Part shown: positions 27,990-37,766 of the stretch, one piece after another
How positions within the stretch are numbered: position 1 is the first letter of the stretch
Layout of the letters: every line of letters starts with the position of its first letter
Assembly: GCA_963676835.2 (NCBI GenBank)
Contig: CAXXFF010000002.1
Span: 1,024,001 to 1,088,000 of the forward strand
Source: Marispirochaeta sp.
GTDB taxonomy: Bacteria > Spirochaetota > Spirochaetia > JC444 > Marispirochaetaceae
Length of the DNA: 64,000 bases
Reading direction: 5' to 3'
Position numbers and translations under genes: made by a program
Notes under the pieces: generated by a model
The model's input: only the letters and a program-made list of their open reading frames with translations
What the model was told of the DNA's origin: nothing
Databases searched by the model: none

Positions 27990-30113
27990 TTGTCCGGAAG
28001 CAGGGAAAACATTAAAACATTACTTCTTGTAGAAGATGAAGTTTTAATCGCCATGGGTAAACAGGTAGAGTTGGAAAGGTATGGATATCAGGTGGTTCTT
28101 GCGAATACCGGCGAGAAGGCTGTTGCCCGTGTTAAGGACGATCCGGCCATCGACCTTGTTCTTATGGATATAGATTTAGGCCCTGGAATAGACGGAACAG
28201 AATCAGCTGAGTTGATTCTCAAGGACCGGGAAATTCCAATAGTCTTCCTCTCAAGTCACATGGAACCGGAAATTGTAGAAAAGACCGAGATAATCACATC
28301 TTACGGTTATGTAGTGAAAAGTTCAAACATTACAGTTCTTGATGCTTCCATTAAAATGGCTTTCAAACTTTTTGACGCCAACATGAAAATTGAAGAAAGT
28401 AATGAAAAGCAGAAAACCATGCTGTCCAACATTACGGATGTAATCAGTATTATTGACGCTGAGGGAAAAGTTCAGTATATCAGCCCCAATATTCAAAAGT
28501 GGTTTGGCTGGTCTACGGAAGAGATGACAGGATCAAGTGGTTTCCAGAATATACACCCCGATGATCTTCAGCGTGCACAAGCTGTGTTTGCTTCAGTTGT
28601 CAGACAGCATGCTGCCGTAAAAACAATTAACTTAAAATACAGATGTGCAGACGCATCATACAAACCTATAGAACTCTCATGCCTGAATCTAATGAACGAT
28701 CCGGCTATAAACGGGGTTCTGATAAATTACCGGGATATTTCCCAGCGGATAAAATATGAAGACAGGAATACTGCAAATCTTAATTCACTGATAAATAATC
28801 GCCAGGAGTCTATCTGGTCTATCGATAGAGATTATAACTACATTATCCTGAACGATTTTTTTAAAAAAGCGTATTATGATGTTTATGCTACCTACCTGAT
28901 AAAAGGTACAAATGCTCTGGATGCGCTTCCTGCCGACCAGTTGGTGTTGTGGAAATCAATGTACGATACTGCACTATCAGGCGAGTCTGTTGTCTTCGAG
29001 TTTAAAAATCCGAAAGATCAGTTATATCAAGTTTCCTTGAATCCTATTATTACAAATAATATTGTTACCGGAGTAACCGCATTAAGTGTGGATATTACTG
29101 AACAAAGAAGGATTGAAGAACTTGCATTAGAGAGTAATGAAAAATACAAATTAGTGTTTGATAACAGCATGGACGGTATTCTTTTTACGGCTCCAGACGG
29201 TTCAATTATCTCGGCAAACACCAGGGCTTGCGAAATCCTGGAGAGTTCCGAATCTGCGCTTATAGAGAAAGGACGCGGAGGGGTTGTAGATGTCAACGAT
29301 CCACGGCTGCCCGGGGCTTTATCCCAAAGAGAAGAGCTGGGGTATTTTAACGGTGAACTCTCCTTCCTTCGAGGGAACGGTGAGGTTATTCCCGTAGAAC
29401 TTACGTCCTGTATTTTTCTCGATCGTGAACAAAGAAAACGAAGTTATATTTCCTTCAAGGAACTCAGTGAGATAAAAACAAAAGAGAGAGAGCTTGAGAA
29501 AGCACTTGAAGAAAAAGAGTATCTGATGAAAGAGATGAATCATCGGGTAAAAAATAATTTATTCATGGTCTCTTCGCTTCTGAGTATGAAAAATTTATCA
29601 CTGGGTGAGCAGGTCGATCTGTCAGATATAATAAGTCAAATTGATGCAATTACAATTATACATGAGAAGCTTTCCTATCAGTCGGAAAATATTGATCAGA
29701 TTGATTTGGCGGACTATATAGAGGAACTGCTTTCATCGGTTTTCTCTCTGAACAATGCTCCTGTTCAGGTTGAGCAAAGAGTTCCGAAATTTCTAATAGA
29801 TGCGCGCTCAGCAATAGCTATTGGACTTATTGTAAATGAGCTCGCAACTAATGCAGTAAAACACGGGTTCAGTAACAGTTCCGACCCACGGTTTATTATA
29901 GAATTTAAACAAGCCCTATCTGCGGAAAAAAGGTTTGTGTTAACGGTGTCTCATACCGGAGATCCTTTCCCTGACGATATTGATTTCAGTAATACTCAAA
30001 CACTTGGATTAAGGTTGATATCCGCTCTGGTGGAACAGCTGTCAGGAGAATTTGAGTTGAAGCGACGGCCACATCCTGAATTTACTATCCGCTTTCCTTT
30101 AGAAAGATCGTAA
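27990..30113 (+). CDS. Hybrid sensor: REC-PAS-PAS-PAS-HisKA_2 histidine kinase
   Basis: LLVEDE, LMDIDL, IHPDD, EMNHRVKNNL, IVNELATNAVKH, LGLRLI. Confidence 0.92.
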   Translation: MSGSRENIKTLLLVEDEVLIAMGKQVELERYGYQVVLANTGEKAVARVKDDPAIDLVLMDIDLGPGIDGTESAELILKDREIPIVFLSSHMEPEIVEKTEIITSYGYVVKSSNITVLDASIKMAFKLFDANMKIEESNEKQKTMLSNITDVISIIDAEGKVQYISPNIQKWFGWSTEEMTGSSGFQNIHPDDLQRAQAVFASVVRQHAAVKTINLKYRCADASYKPIELSCLNLMNDPAINGVLINYRDISQRIKYEDRNTANLNSLINNRQESIWSIDRDYNYIILNDFFKKAYYDVYATYLIKGTNALDALPADQLVLWKSMYDTALSGESVVFEFKNPKDQLYQVSLNPIITNNIVTGVTALSVDITEQRRIEELALESNEKYKLVFDNSMDGILFTAPDGSIISANTRACEILESSESALIEKGRGGVVDVNDPRLPGALSQREELGYFNGELSFLRGNGEVIPVELTSCIFLDREQRKRSYISFKELSEIKTKERELEKALEEKEYLMKEMNHRVKNNLFMVSSLLSMKNLSLGEQVDLSDIISQIDAITIIHEKLSYQSENIDQIDLADYIEELLSSVFSLNNAPVQVEQRVPKFLIDARSAIAIGLIVNELATNAVKHGFSNSSDPRFIIEFKQALSAEKRFVLTVSHTGDPFPDDIDFSNTQTLGLRLISALVEQLSGEFELKRRPHPEFTIRFPLERS

Positions 30114-30238
30114 GATCCTTCAGCGGTATAAATACACTCTTAAATCTAATAATTAAACCATTGCCACAGTCTATTTATGCTACTATATGTGAGCATCATT
30201 GTGAGTTTAGTTCAACATCGCAGCATAGGGAGGCGTTT

Positions 30239-31273
30239 ATGCGTGCACTGGTAAAGTTTAAAGAAGGCTATGATGGTCTTGAGATACGGGATATGCCGAT
30301 CCCGGTTCCGAAGGCTAATGAGGTTCTGGTAAAGGTTCATTCCTGCGGGGTCTGCGGTACGGACCTGAAAATACAGGAAGACGGTTTTCCCTATACACCT
30401 CCGGTAATCATCGGGCATGAGTTTTCCGGAACCATTGAATCTGTCGGTTCCGCGGTAAACGGCTGGGCTCCCGGGGAGAGGGTAATTGCAGAACAGCATT
30501 TTCATCATTGCGGTAAATGTGAGTACTGCCTCACCGGCAGGCGTCAGTTTTGTCCTTCGAAGAAATCTCCCGGATATTTTTCCGACGGTGCTTTTACTGA
30601 GTACATTGCGGTGGAAGAGTCCCTTCTTCATAAAATTCCTGAAAACCTGACCTTTGAGCAGGCCGCCCTGGTTGAGCCCATGGGTATTGCCGCATCTGCA
30701 ATTCTCGGTAAAGCCGGGGTAAATCCCGGAGAGTTTGTAGTAATTCTGGGTACCGGGCCCATTGCCCTACTTGCCCTTCAGATGGTGAAGGCTGCAGGAG
30801 CATCCCATGTGGTGACCACCGGGCTTGATGCGGATGAAGATTCCCGCTTCAAGGCGGCCCTCGCATTCGGTGCTGATATGACCATAAATGTTCAGCGGCA
30901 GGATCCTGTAGCTGTGGTAAAAGAGACTACCGGCGGTAAAATGGCCGACCTGGTTATCGACCTGTCCGGGGCTGCACCGGCGATTCTCTCCGGATTCAAC
31001 ATGCTCAAAAAAGACGGCCGCTTCTGTGCAATCGGTCTTCCCCATGGAAATGTGAACTTTCCCTGGGCTGATGCTGTGCTCAAAGCGGTTACGGTCTTCT
31101 TCAGTTTCAGCTCCGATTTCCGCGCCTGGGAACGTTGTCTTCAGATGATGTCGGATGGAAAGATAAAAACCGACGGATTTACCGATAACTGCTATCCACT
31201 GGAAAAATGGTCCGAGGCTCTGGATATGGCCAGAAGCGGAAAGGCGCTGAAGGTGATAATTCAGCCGAGTTGA
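30239..31273 (+). CDS. Zinc-dependent medium-chain alcohol/polyol dehydrogenase
   Basis: CGTD, GHEFSG, CGKCEYC..C, EP, GTGPIA; GGAGG RBS. Confidence 0.92.
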   Translation: MRALVKFKEGYDGLEIRDMPIPVPKANEVLVKVHSCGVCGTDLKIQEDGFPYTPPVIIGHEFSGTIESVGSAVNGWAPGERVIAEQHFHHCGKCEYCLTGRRQFCPSKKSPGYFSDGAFTEYIAVEESLLHKIPENLTFEQAALVEPMGIAASAILGKAGVNPGEFVVILGTGPIALLALQMVKAAGASHVVTTGLDADEDSRFKAALAFGADMTINVQRQDPVAVVKETTGGKMADLVIDLSGAAPAILSGFNMLKKDGRFCAIGLPHGNVNFPWADAVLKAVTVFFSFSSDFRAWERCLQMMSDGKIKTDGFTDNCYPLEKWSEALDMARSGKALKVIIQPS

Positions 31274-31290
31274 GACCTTCGGAATATTGC

Positions 31291-31340
31291 TGCAAGGTGT
31301 AAGCCCGGTATCATTTACCGTAACAGGATTACACCTTGCA
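31291..31340. terminator. Hairpin between convergent genes
   Basis: TGCAAGGTGTAA...TTACACCTTGCA, 12-bp perfect arms. Confidence 0.7.
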
Positions 31341-31372
31341 TTTAAAAAAGTCAGAAAAGAAAGATAGACTGC

Positions 31373-32680
31373 TTACGCTTTTTCTCCCCGTGCCAGCCGT
31401 ACATGGGAGTCGGCCATCTCGTAACCGGCTGCCTGGGCACAGGCGGTATTCAGATCCAGGGCAGTAACTGCTGCGGCACAAATCTCCGCAAGACGCATTA
31501 CATGATTATTATCCTCGGGACTGGTTCCGCATCCGGCGCAGTCGATCAGCGAGAGGGCTTCTTTCGCTGTTCCGAAGGCTGCTCCTCCGCCGATGGTGGC
31601 CACTTCAAGAGAGGGGAGAGAGGCGGTAAAGCGCAGATTGTCTCCAATCTCCTCGGCCTGAATAAAGCAGCTGGAAGAGGTGATTACCTGTGCAAGATCC
31701 TGTCCGGTGGCGGCAAAGAACGCCGCAATGGTATTGGCGGCATTTACATTAAAACCAGTCAGTGTACCGCTGAAAGATGAGCCAAGGTAGCATTTATGAA
31801 AAACCACCTTCTCGACACTTCTCGGGGTAACACCTTTCTTGAATACCTCGGTAAGGACCTCTGCGGGAACTATCACTTCAGTCTCAACGGATTTTCCCCT
31901 GCCGTTTAACACATTTATATGGGCAGCTTTTTTGTCGGTGCAGACATTGCTGCTGATGGTTACCAGCTTCCAGCCTTCTTTCCGCTTCAGAACCTCACGG
32001 ATAATATCGGCAGATGCCTTGGTAACCCCGTTCATACCCATGGCATCTCCGGTTTTAAATGACAGGCGCAGAATAACCTTTACCCCTATCTGATAGGGAT
32101 CGATTTTTATCAGGTTAACAAAAGGGTCTCCTGCAAAGCGTCCAAGATCAGCTGTCAGAGTGCTCTGATTCTGCTGTATCTCTTTGACAAATTTATCGGC
32201 TTCGTAAATATCCGGTGCTTCAATCATGGGTGCCCGGGCCATTGAATCTTCCCTGACCAGGGTGGTAATTCCGCCGGCTTTATTTATTGCCTTTATTCCG
32301 CGCTGAACTCCTGCCACAAGGGCTGCTTCGTTGGTTGCAAGGGGAATATAGTATTCACCGTCGGCATACCTGCCTTTGATTTTCAATGGGCCGGCAATCC
32401 CCATGGGGACCAGAGCGGCTCCAACCTTCATTTCTATACCGGTAAGGAGTGAACCCTCTGCACCTGCCATGGCATTATCTATACGGCTCTGTTTTATCAG
32501 GGAAAGATTTTTCCCTGTCCTTTTTTCAACATCTTCACAGCGGATAATACCGGCAATATGACAGGCGTCATTTATTTTTGTTGCATCGCCTGCAAACAGT
32601 TCTGTGAAAACGACGGTTTCCAGTTCCCGGCCTTTTATTTTTCCAGTGCTGAAACGCTCAGCAATTTGTGAATAATCCAT
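31373..32680 (-). CDS. HMG-CoA reductase, class I fold
   Basis: PLATNE, MARAP, GDAMGMN, cis-loop SSNVCTDKK, GRGKSV, GQDLAQ, C-terminal SH; AAGGAG RBS before ATG 32680. Confidence 0.9.
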   Translation of the reverse strand: MDYSQIAERFSTGKIKGRELETVVFTELFAGDATKINDACHIAGIIRCEDVEKRTGKNLSLIKQSRIDNAMAGAEGSLLTGIEMKVGAALVPMGIAGPLKIKGRYADGEYYIPLATNEAALVAGVQRGIKAINKAGGITTLVREDSMARAPMIEAPDIYEADKFVKEIQQNQSTLTADLGRFAGDPFVNLIKIDPYQIGVKVILRLSFKTGDAMGMNGVTKASADIIREVLKRKEGWKLVTISSNVCTDKKAAHINVLNGRGKSVETEVIVPAEVLTEVFKKGVTPRSVEKVVFHKCYLGSSFSGTLTGFNVNAANTIAAFFAATGQDLAQVITSSSCFIQAEEIGDNLRFTASLPSLEVATIGGGAAFGTAKEALSLIDCAGCGTSPEDNNHVMRLAEICAAAVTALDLNTACAQAAGYEMADSHVRLARGEKA

Positions 32681-32709
32681 TTTTGATCTCCTTTTATCTA
32701 CGTGAGCGC

Positions 32710-33573
32710 TTATACAAGCGAACGGGCGAAAACGCCGCATTCAGTTATTTTTTCTGCATCAATACCGGTTTCAATTCCCATGCGGTGAAACATATCCACA
32801 ATGGTCTCTGTTGCAGTGTTTCCGGTGGCCCCGGGAGCAAAGGGGCATCCCCCCAGGCCGCCTACGGATCCGTCAATCACGGTAATCCCCGCTTGCATGG
32901 CTGCCAGAATATTGGCGAACTCAATACCGTTTGCCCGGTGAAAGTGGGCCGCTACGGATGCTTCAGACAGGGCTGACTTGACTGCCTTGCATACTTCATA
33001 ACTGCTGGCGGGGGATGCCATTCCGGTAGGGTCTCCCAGGGATATTTCATAGGAACCGTAGGATTCCAGCTCCCGGGCAATATTAACCAATGTTTCCACC
33101 GGGATTGCTCCCTCCATGGGGCAGCCGAAAGAAGTTGCTATGTATGAACGTACCCGCAGCCCCGCCTCGGCGGCCTTCCGGTTTATCTCCTTTATCTGGG
33201 CAAGGGAATCGGCCATGGGCATATTGAGATTTTTTTTATTGTGGCTTTCGCTGGAACTCATAATGGTGATAACTTCCTTGAGCCCCGATTCAATAGCCAG
33301 TTCCAGCCCTTTCATGTTGGGGATAAGGGCGTTCAGGAGTATTCCCTTACGCTCTCCGATTGCAGCTACAACCTCTTTGGCATCCTTCATCTGGGGAACC
33401 CATTTGGGAGAAACAAAGGATGTCAGCTCTATTTTCTGACAACCTGCATCGATAAGCTTCTCAATCAACTCCAGTTTGCTCTCGGTGGGTACAAACTTTT
33501 TCTCATTCTGCAGTCCGTCCCTGGGGCCAACCTCAAAGATTTCAAGCTGCTTTGGATAATTCCAATCCGTCAT
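32710..33573 (-). CDS. Hydroxymethylglutaryl-CoA lyase
   Basis: EVGPRDGLQNE, SFVSPKWVPQM, FGCP.EG, HFH, GLGGCPFAPGATGN. Confidence 0.93.
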   Translation of the reverse strand: MTDWNYPKQLEIFEVGPRDGLQNEKKFVPTESKLELIEKLIDAGCQKIELTSFVSPKWVPQMKDAKEVVAAIGERKGILLNALIPNMKGLELAIESGLKEVITIMSSSESHNKKNLNMPMADSLAQIKEINRKAAEAGLRVRSYIATSFGCPMEGAIPVETLVNIARELESYGSYEISLGDPTGMASPASSYEVCKAVKSALSEASVAAHFHRANGIEFANILAAMQAGITVIDGSVGGLGGCPFAPGATGNTATETIVDMFHRMGIETGIDAEKITECGVFARSLV

Positions 33574-33592
33574 TCAATCCTCCTGTTTTACA

Positions 33593-34261
33593 CTAATCTT
33601 CCAGACCTATATTGAATCTCATATGATTTATGTTTTTCCGGATACAGCGGATAGATTCATCCGTGTGCCTGAGTTTAAGAAAGCTGATAAGTTCGTCATG
33701 ATCTTTCATGGCTGCATGGTTTTTTTCATAAGCCAGTAGCTCTGTCTCCACAAGTCTGATGAGCTGAACGAATTCCCCTGTCCGCTCCAGCAGTTCAATG
33801 AGGAAGTCATTTCCGGAACCCTTGGCCAGTTCGTGGTGAAACTGAAAATCAAGGCGGTTGCATTTTTCGTAGTCTTTGTCTGCAAGGGCTGCTTCGAGTT
33901 GGCGGTTTATCTCTTCCAGATGGTTGATCCGCTCCGTATCCGCATGCCTGATGAACTCTGCAACGGCTAACGACTCGAGGTTGAGCCGTACATCCAGAAG
34001 ATCACTGATCTCCCGGCGTGACATGCGCCGGCAGTAGCTGCCTCTTTGGGGTGTGGATTCCAGAAGCCTCTCTGCTGTCAGTCTGTTTACCGCTTCTCTC
34101 ACCGGGGTTCGGCTGACATCAAGTTTTTTTGCCACCTCTTCTTCTACTATCTTCTGCCCCGGAGCGTAGATTCCCTGGAGAATCATCTGTTTTAACTGCC
34201 AGTAGATTCTGTCTTTGAGGCTGGCAAACTGTGCTGTATTGGAAAAAGGTACGTTAGCCAT
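33593..34261 (-). CDS. GntR/FCD transcriptional regulator
   Basis: VSRTPVREA, FHHEL, DHDELI; ATG 34261 chosen (34276 possible). Confidence 0.92.
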   Translation of the reverse strand: MANVPFSNTAQFASLKDRIYWQLKQMILQGIYAPGQKIVEEEVAKKLDVSRTPVREAVNRLTAERLLESTPQRGSYCRRMSRREISDLLDVRLNLESLAVAEFIRHADTERINHLEEINRQLEAALADKDYEKCNRLDFQFHHELAKGSGNDFLIELLERTGEFVQLIRLVETELLAYEKNHAAMKDHDELISFLKLRHTDESIRCIRKNINHMRFNIGLED

Positions 34262-34265
34262 ATGA

Positions 34266-34359
34266 AATGTATACATTGTGATGGGGTATCTGTCAAATTA
34301 ATTAGAAATTACCGGAAATTAAGGAGTAAGCCCTCCAAAACAGGATAAAAATGTATACA
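34266..34359 (-). promoter_or_regulatory. Promoter overlapped by TGTATACA dyads, likely GntR operators
   Basis: AATGTATACATT at 34266-34277 over the -10 of a TTGACA (34296-34291) promoter; second TGTATACA at 34352-34359. Confidence 0.6.
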
Positions 34360-34449
34360 AATATAACCGGGATATCTTCTCCCGGAGAAATTCAGATAAT
34401 GCTCTCCCCGGGGGATATGGTTAAAAGTACAAGGAAATGCCCGAAGCTG

Positions 34450-34475
34450 GAGAGCCCTCAGAGATGAGGGCTCTC
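34450..34475 (-). terminator. Hairpin downstream of the 34498-35187 gene
   Basis: GAGAGCCCTCA-GAGA-TGAGGGCTCTC perfect stem. Confidence 0.55.
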
Positions 34476-34497
34476 AGAATGTGAAGTGTAGGTTGTT

Positions 34498-35187
34498 CTA
34501 TAGTTGCGTGAGGAATGTTGTGTACTGGTCTTTCTGCTCCGGAAGTACGCCGGCTTCGATATTCTGCGCAAGGTAGGCAAAGAGCTGTTCCCGGTACTGC
34601 TGGTCAACCTCCTGCATAATTGCCGGACCATAGACCGAAAGGTTCTTTTCAAGTAAGGCATAAATATCTTCCGGCAGTGCAGCTGTGTAAAGGGTAATAA
34701 TACTGCCTAAAACCATATTCACTCCGCCAACCTGTGCCTGCTGCAGTCCTTGCAGGCGGGTCTGGTAGGTGTAGCTTTCCGGATCAAGCTCTGTCAGATA
34801 CTCCCGTGATGCCTGCAGAACGCCTGCAAAGAGATGGGCGAGGACTGCGGTCATCTTAATAATCCGCTCGCTTGGTACAGGATTTGTGAGACCCTCCTCT
34901 TTTTGCAGCAGAACATTGAGATTGGTATAAATGGGAAGAATAAAATCCAGACCGGCTTCAGCCGATTGCGATTTGAGCTGCTGATCAAAGATTTCCCAGT
35001 TCAGATATATCTCATCCAGCAGGGTGTCGCTGATTCCCACTGTTTGGTTTTTATCAGCCAGATCCGTTTCTATCTGGAGTGCTGAAACAGCTTTGTTGAT
35101 GTCGAAAGGATTCTCCTGAGCAATCAACGAAACCGATGCACAGACAAGTAAGAGAAGAGCTATTGTAGTTGTTTGTTTCAAATTCAT
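34498..35187 (-). CDS. Hypothetical exported alpha-helical protein
   Basis: Signal peptide (LLLLVCASVSLIA-QE); no family recognised. Confidence 0.7.
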   Translation of the reverse strand: MNLKQTTTIALLLLVCASVSLIAQENPFDINKAVSALQIETDLADKNQTVGISDTLLDEIYLNWEIFDQQLKSQSAEAGLDFILPIYTNLNVLLQKEEGLTNPVPSERIIKMTAVLAHLFAGVLQASREYLTELDPESYTYQTRLQGLQQAQVGGVNMVLGSIITLYTAALPEDIYALLEKNLSVYGPAIMQEVDQQYREQLFAYLAQNIEAGVLPEQKDQYTTFLTQL

Positions 35188-35227
35188 AACAAGGATGGTA
35201 TCATAATAACCAATAGATTATCAAAGA

Positions 35228-35911
35228 TCAGAGCAGTCGTATCGAATCTCTCATAATATCTATATCATGTACCATTTCGTCCCGGGCCAGAGCTGAGAAG
35301 CCGTTCTCCAGAGCACGTATTATTGCATAATGATACCTGGTATTAACCATGCCGGGATTGCTGTTGGTTTTTTGACCGATTGCCTTGTATGCCAGCCAGT
35401 GATACCGGGCAATTCTGCTCTGTACGCTCCTGTATAATTCAAGGAGATATTTGTTTCTTGAGGCGTTAATAATTACCTGATGGAACTCACAATCCAGTTC
35501 TGCATATTTTTGACATGATTCGTCTGTGGTACTCAGATATCTGGCGTGTAGTTCGTTCAGCTTGGTTATCTCTTTCTGTGAAATTTCTTTTGCCGCAAGA
35601 AATGCAGCTTCCCCTTCTATTCCTTTTCGCATGGCACAGAGGTCAAGACAATCTTCAACACTCATATAGGAAACCCGGGGCATTTTACCTGGTTCCTTCT
35701 CTACCAGTCCGTTCATATGCAGCCTTTTAATAGCTGAACTAACGGGAGATCGGCTTATTCCTGTATCACGTGCGATCTTCAACTCATTAATTCTGGAACC
35801 GGGATTTATCTTCAAGGAAATTATATCATCAAACAGATGTTCATATACAATCTGGTTTATCGGGGTGAAGGGGTTTATATCCAGTTTTTTTTGCAGGTCT
35901 TCCCGGTTCAT
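35228..35911 (-). CDS. GntR/FCD transcriptional regulator
   Basis: ISRSPV, DCEFHQVI, ASRNKYL; GGAGG RBS before ATG 35911. Confidence 0.9.
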   Translation of the reverse strand: MNREDLQKKLDINPFTPINQIVYEHLFDDIISLKINPGSRINELKIARDTGISRSPVSSAIKRLHMNGLVEKEPGKMPRVSYMSVEDCLDLCAMRKGIEGEAAFLAAKEISQKEITKLNELHARYLSTTDESCQKYAELDCEFHQVIINASRNKYLLELYRSVQSRIARYHWLAYKAIGQKTNSNPGMVNTRYHYAIIRALENGFSALARDEMVHDIDIMRDSIRLL

Positions 35912-36062
35912 AAAACCTCCAGAGTAGGCGTAATGGTACATATACAGGCAGAGCATTATAAAGCGGGAAATGTATAATGGACAGGTTTTTCAGCAGATCA
36001 TAATGATTTTTAACCGAACCGGAAAGAGTTTTTTCTTCCCGGTTCGGCATAAGGAACTGGAG

Positions 36063-36830
36063 TCAGCTTTTTACAGCTTTTGCATAGGCTATCGCCGAGG
36101 ACATAAGAAAGCTCATGTCCACGTGTACAACTGCATCGAATCCTTGTGCAAAAGTTGGCTCTATAGCTTCCATCGCCATTGCGAGACCAAGGCAGAATTT
36201 GCCCGAATCTCTGCAGGCCTTTGTTACACGCTCAATAGCTGAAATAAAAGTCGGATCTTGAAACTGTGCCGGTTTTCCCAGAGCAATAGAAAGGTCATAG
36301 GGCCCGAGGAAAATCCCGGCTACACCCTCGAGGTCGCAAATTTCCTCAATGCATTCAAGAGCTTCAACAGTTTCGCATTGGGGAATAATCAGGGTCTCTC
36401 GATTGCAGGTTTCAAAATATTCTTCAGTGCTTTTATACCCGGGCATCATACCAAATGCATTTATGCGGCTGGCGCCGAATCCTCTCTGTCCCATGGGAAC
36501 GTACTTCGCATACTCTATTACCTGCTGTACTTCTGCTACAGATTTTATAAATGGAACCATTAAACCCATCGCTCCGATATCAAGCATTTTAAGTATGGAT
36601 GAGCGGGATGCATCTTTGACCCGGACTATAGGGACAATATCACGCCTTTCTGCAGCGAGAATAAGTTTAACTGTACTTTCTACATCTGACGGACCATGCT
36701 CTGTATCTATAATTACAAAGTCCAGCCCCGCAAGGCCCAGGCTTTCAATTACTGCACTGCTGTCGAGGATGGAGAAGGCGCCAGCCATTTTTTCTCCCTT
36801 CGAAAATTTCTCAAGTATTTTATTATTCAT
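36063..36830 (-). CDS. HpcH/HpaI (GarL-like) class II aldolase
   Basis: IDTEHG, VRV, LDIGA, P.GQRG, QCET, FLGPYDLS. Confidence 0.9.
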   Translation of the reverse strand: MNNKILEKFSKGEKMAGAFSILDSSAVIESLGLAGLDFVIIDTEHGPSDVESTVKLILAAERRDIVPIVRVKDASRSSILKMLDIGAMGLMVPFIKSVAEVQQVIEYAKYVPMGQRGFGASRINAFGMMPGYKSTEEYFETCNRETLIIPQCETVEALECIEEICDLEGVAGIFLGPYDLSIALGKPAQFQDPTFISAIERVTKACRDSGKFCLGLAMAMEAIEPTFAQGFDAVVHVDMSFLMSSAIAYAKAVKS

Positions 36831-37073
36831 CAATTGTTGTCTCCTTATTTATGGATTGATGTCGGAAATTATAGGGCTATCTATTTTCATGTGTCAAAAA
36901 ATATGCGAACTGGCAGGATTACAGGTAAACTGTATATGACAAGAATCACTATTGCTGTACTGCTTCATTTATGAACATAGTTTGAAGCATGGTGCTGATT
37001 CTGTGAAACAAAATTATCAGTCTGCTAATCCTGTCTTAATAAAAACAGAACATTAATATTGAGTTATAAATTC

Positions 37074-37688
37074 ATGCGTGCAATTATTACAACCTTTCTA
37101 TTTGCGTTCTCATTTTATCCATTGTTTACTGTTGAACTGGATTCAAGTGTTGTCAGCCATTATGCGGTAGAAGCTCTTATCCAGAAAGAGTGTATCTATC
37201 TGGAGACAGAAGGCAGAACCGAAATGCCCCTGGAAATGGTCAGCAGCCTGATTGAGAGGCCGGAAATTTTCGAAATGATCGGAGATGCCTATGAAAGTAT
37301 GCAGACTGATGAAAAAGATGCAGAATTCAGGGTAAGAAAAGTAGGCGAGGGAAAGTATACCTATGTAAGCCGCAAGAACCAGGAAACCGGCATCGAAGAG
37401 GTTGCACGGGTTGTTGTGCAGCAGGAAAAAGCCCTTGTGGCCTATCTGGGTGAAGGACGCCGGTTTTTCGGAGCATTTCAGGTCCTGGTGCAGGTAGAAT
37501 TAACCCCTGCCTTTGACGGCGGAAGCAAGTACACTGTTTGTGTTTATGCCTATCCTGATTCCGGTGCTGTGCGGTTGTTTGCAAAAATACCGGGTGTGGA
37601 AAGTTACTTCAAAAGAAAAACCACCGAAATTACCGAGCTTGCCCTGTCTATATGTGAAATTCTTTATGGGCAGGAGAATGCGGGGTAG
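37074..37688 (+). CDS. Hypothetical exported protein
   Basis: Signal-like N-terminus; no family recognised. Confidence 0.65.
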   Translation: MRAIITTFLFAFSFYPLFTVELDSSVVSHYAVEALIQKECIYLETEGRTEMPLEMVSSLIERPEIFEMIGDAYESMQTDEKDAEFRVRKVGEGKYTYVSRKNQETGIEEVARVVVQQEKALVAYLGEGRRFFGAFQVLVQVELTPAFDGGSKYTVCVYAYPDSGAVRLFAKIPGVESYFKRKTTEITELALSICEILYGQENAG

Positions 37689-37766
37689 GGCATGAAGCCC
37701 CTTTTGATCTGTTATCCAATAAGATATATATTAGTAAACAGCTAAAGATATCCGGAGGATGATGGT

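Noticed and set aside
36063..36830. Naming the HpcH aldolase garL
   Set aside because: About 15 kb from the aldarate operon with its own regulator; substrate cannot be assigned from sequence
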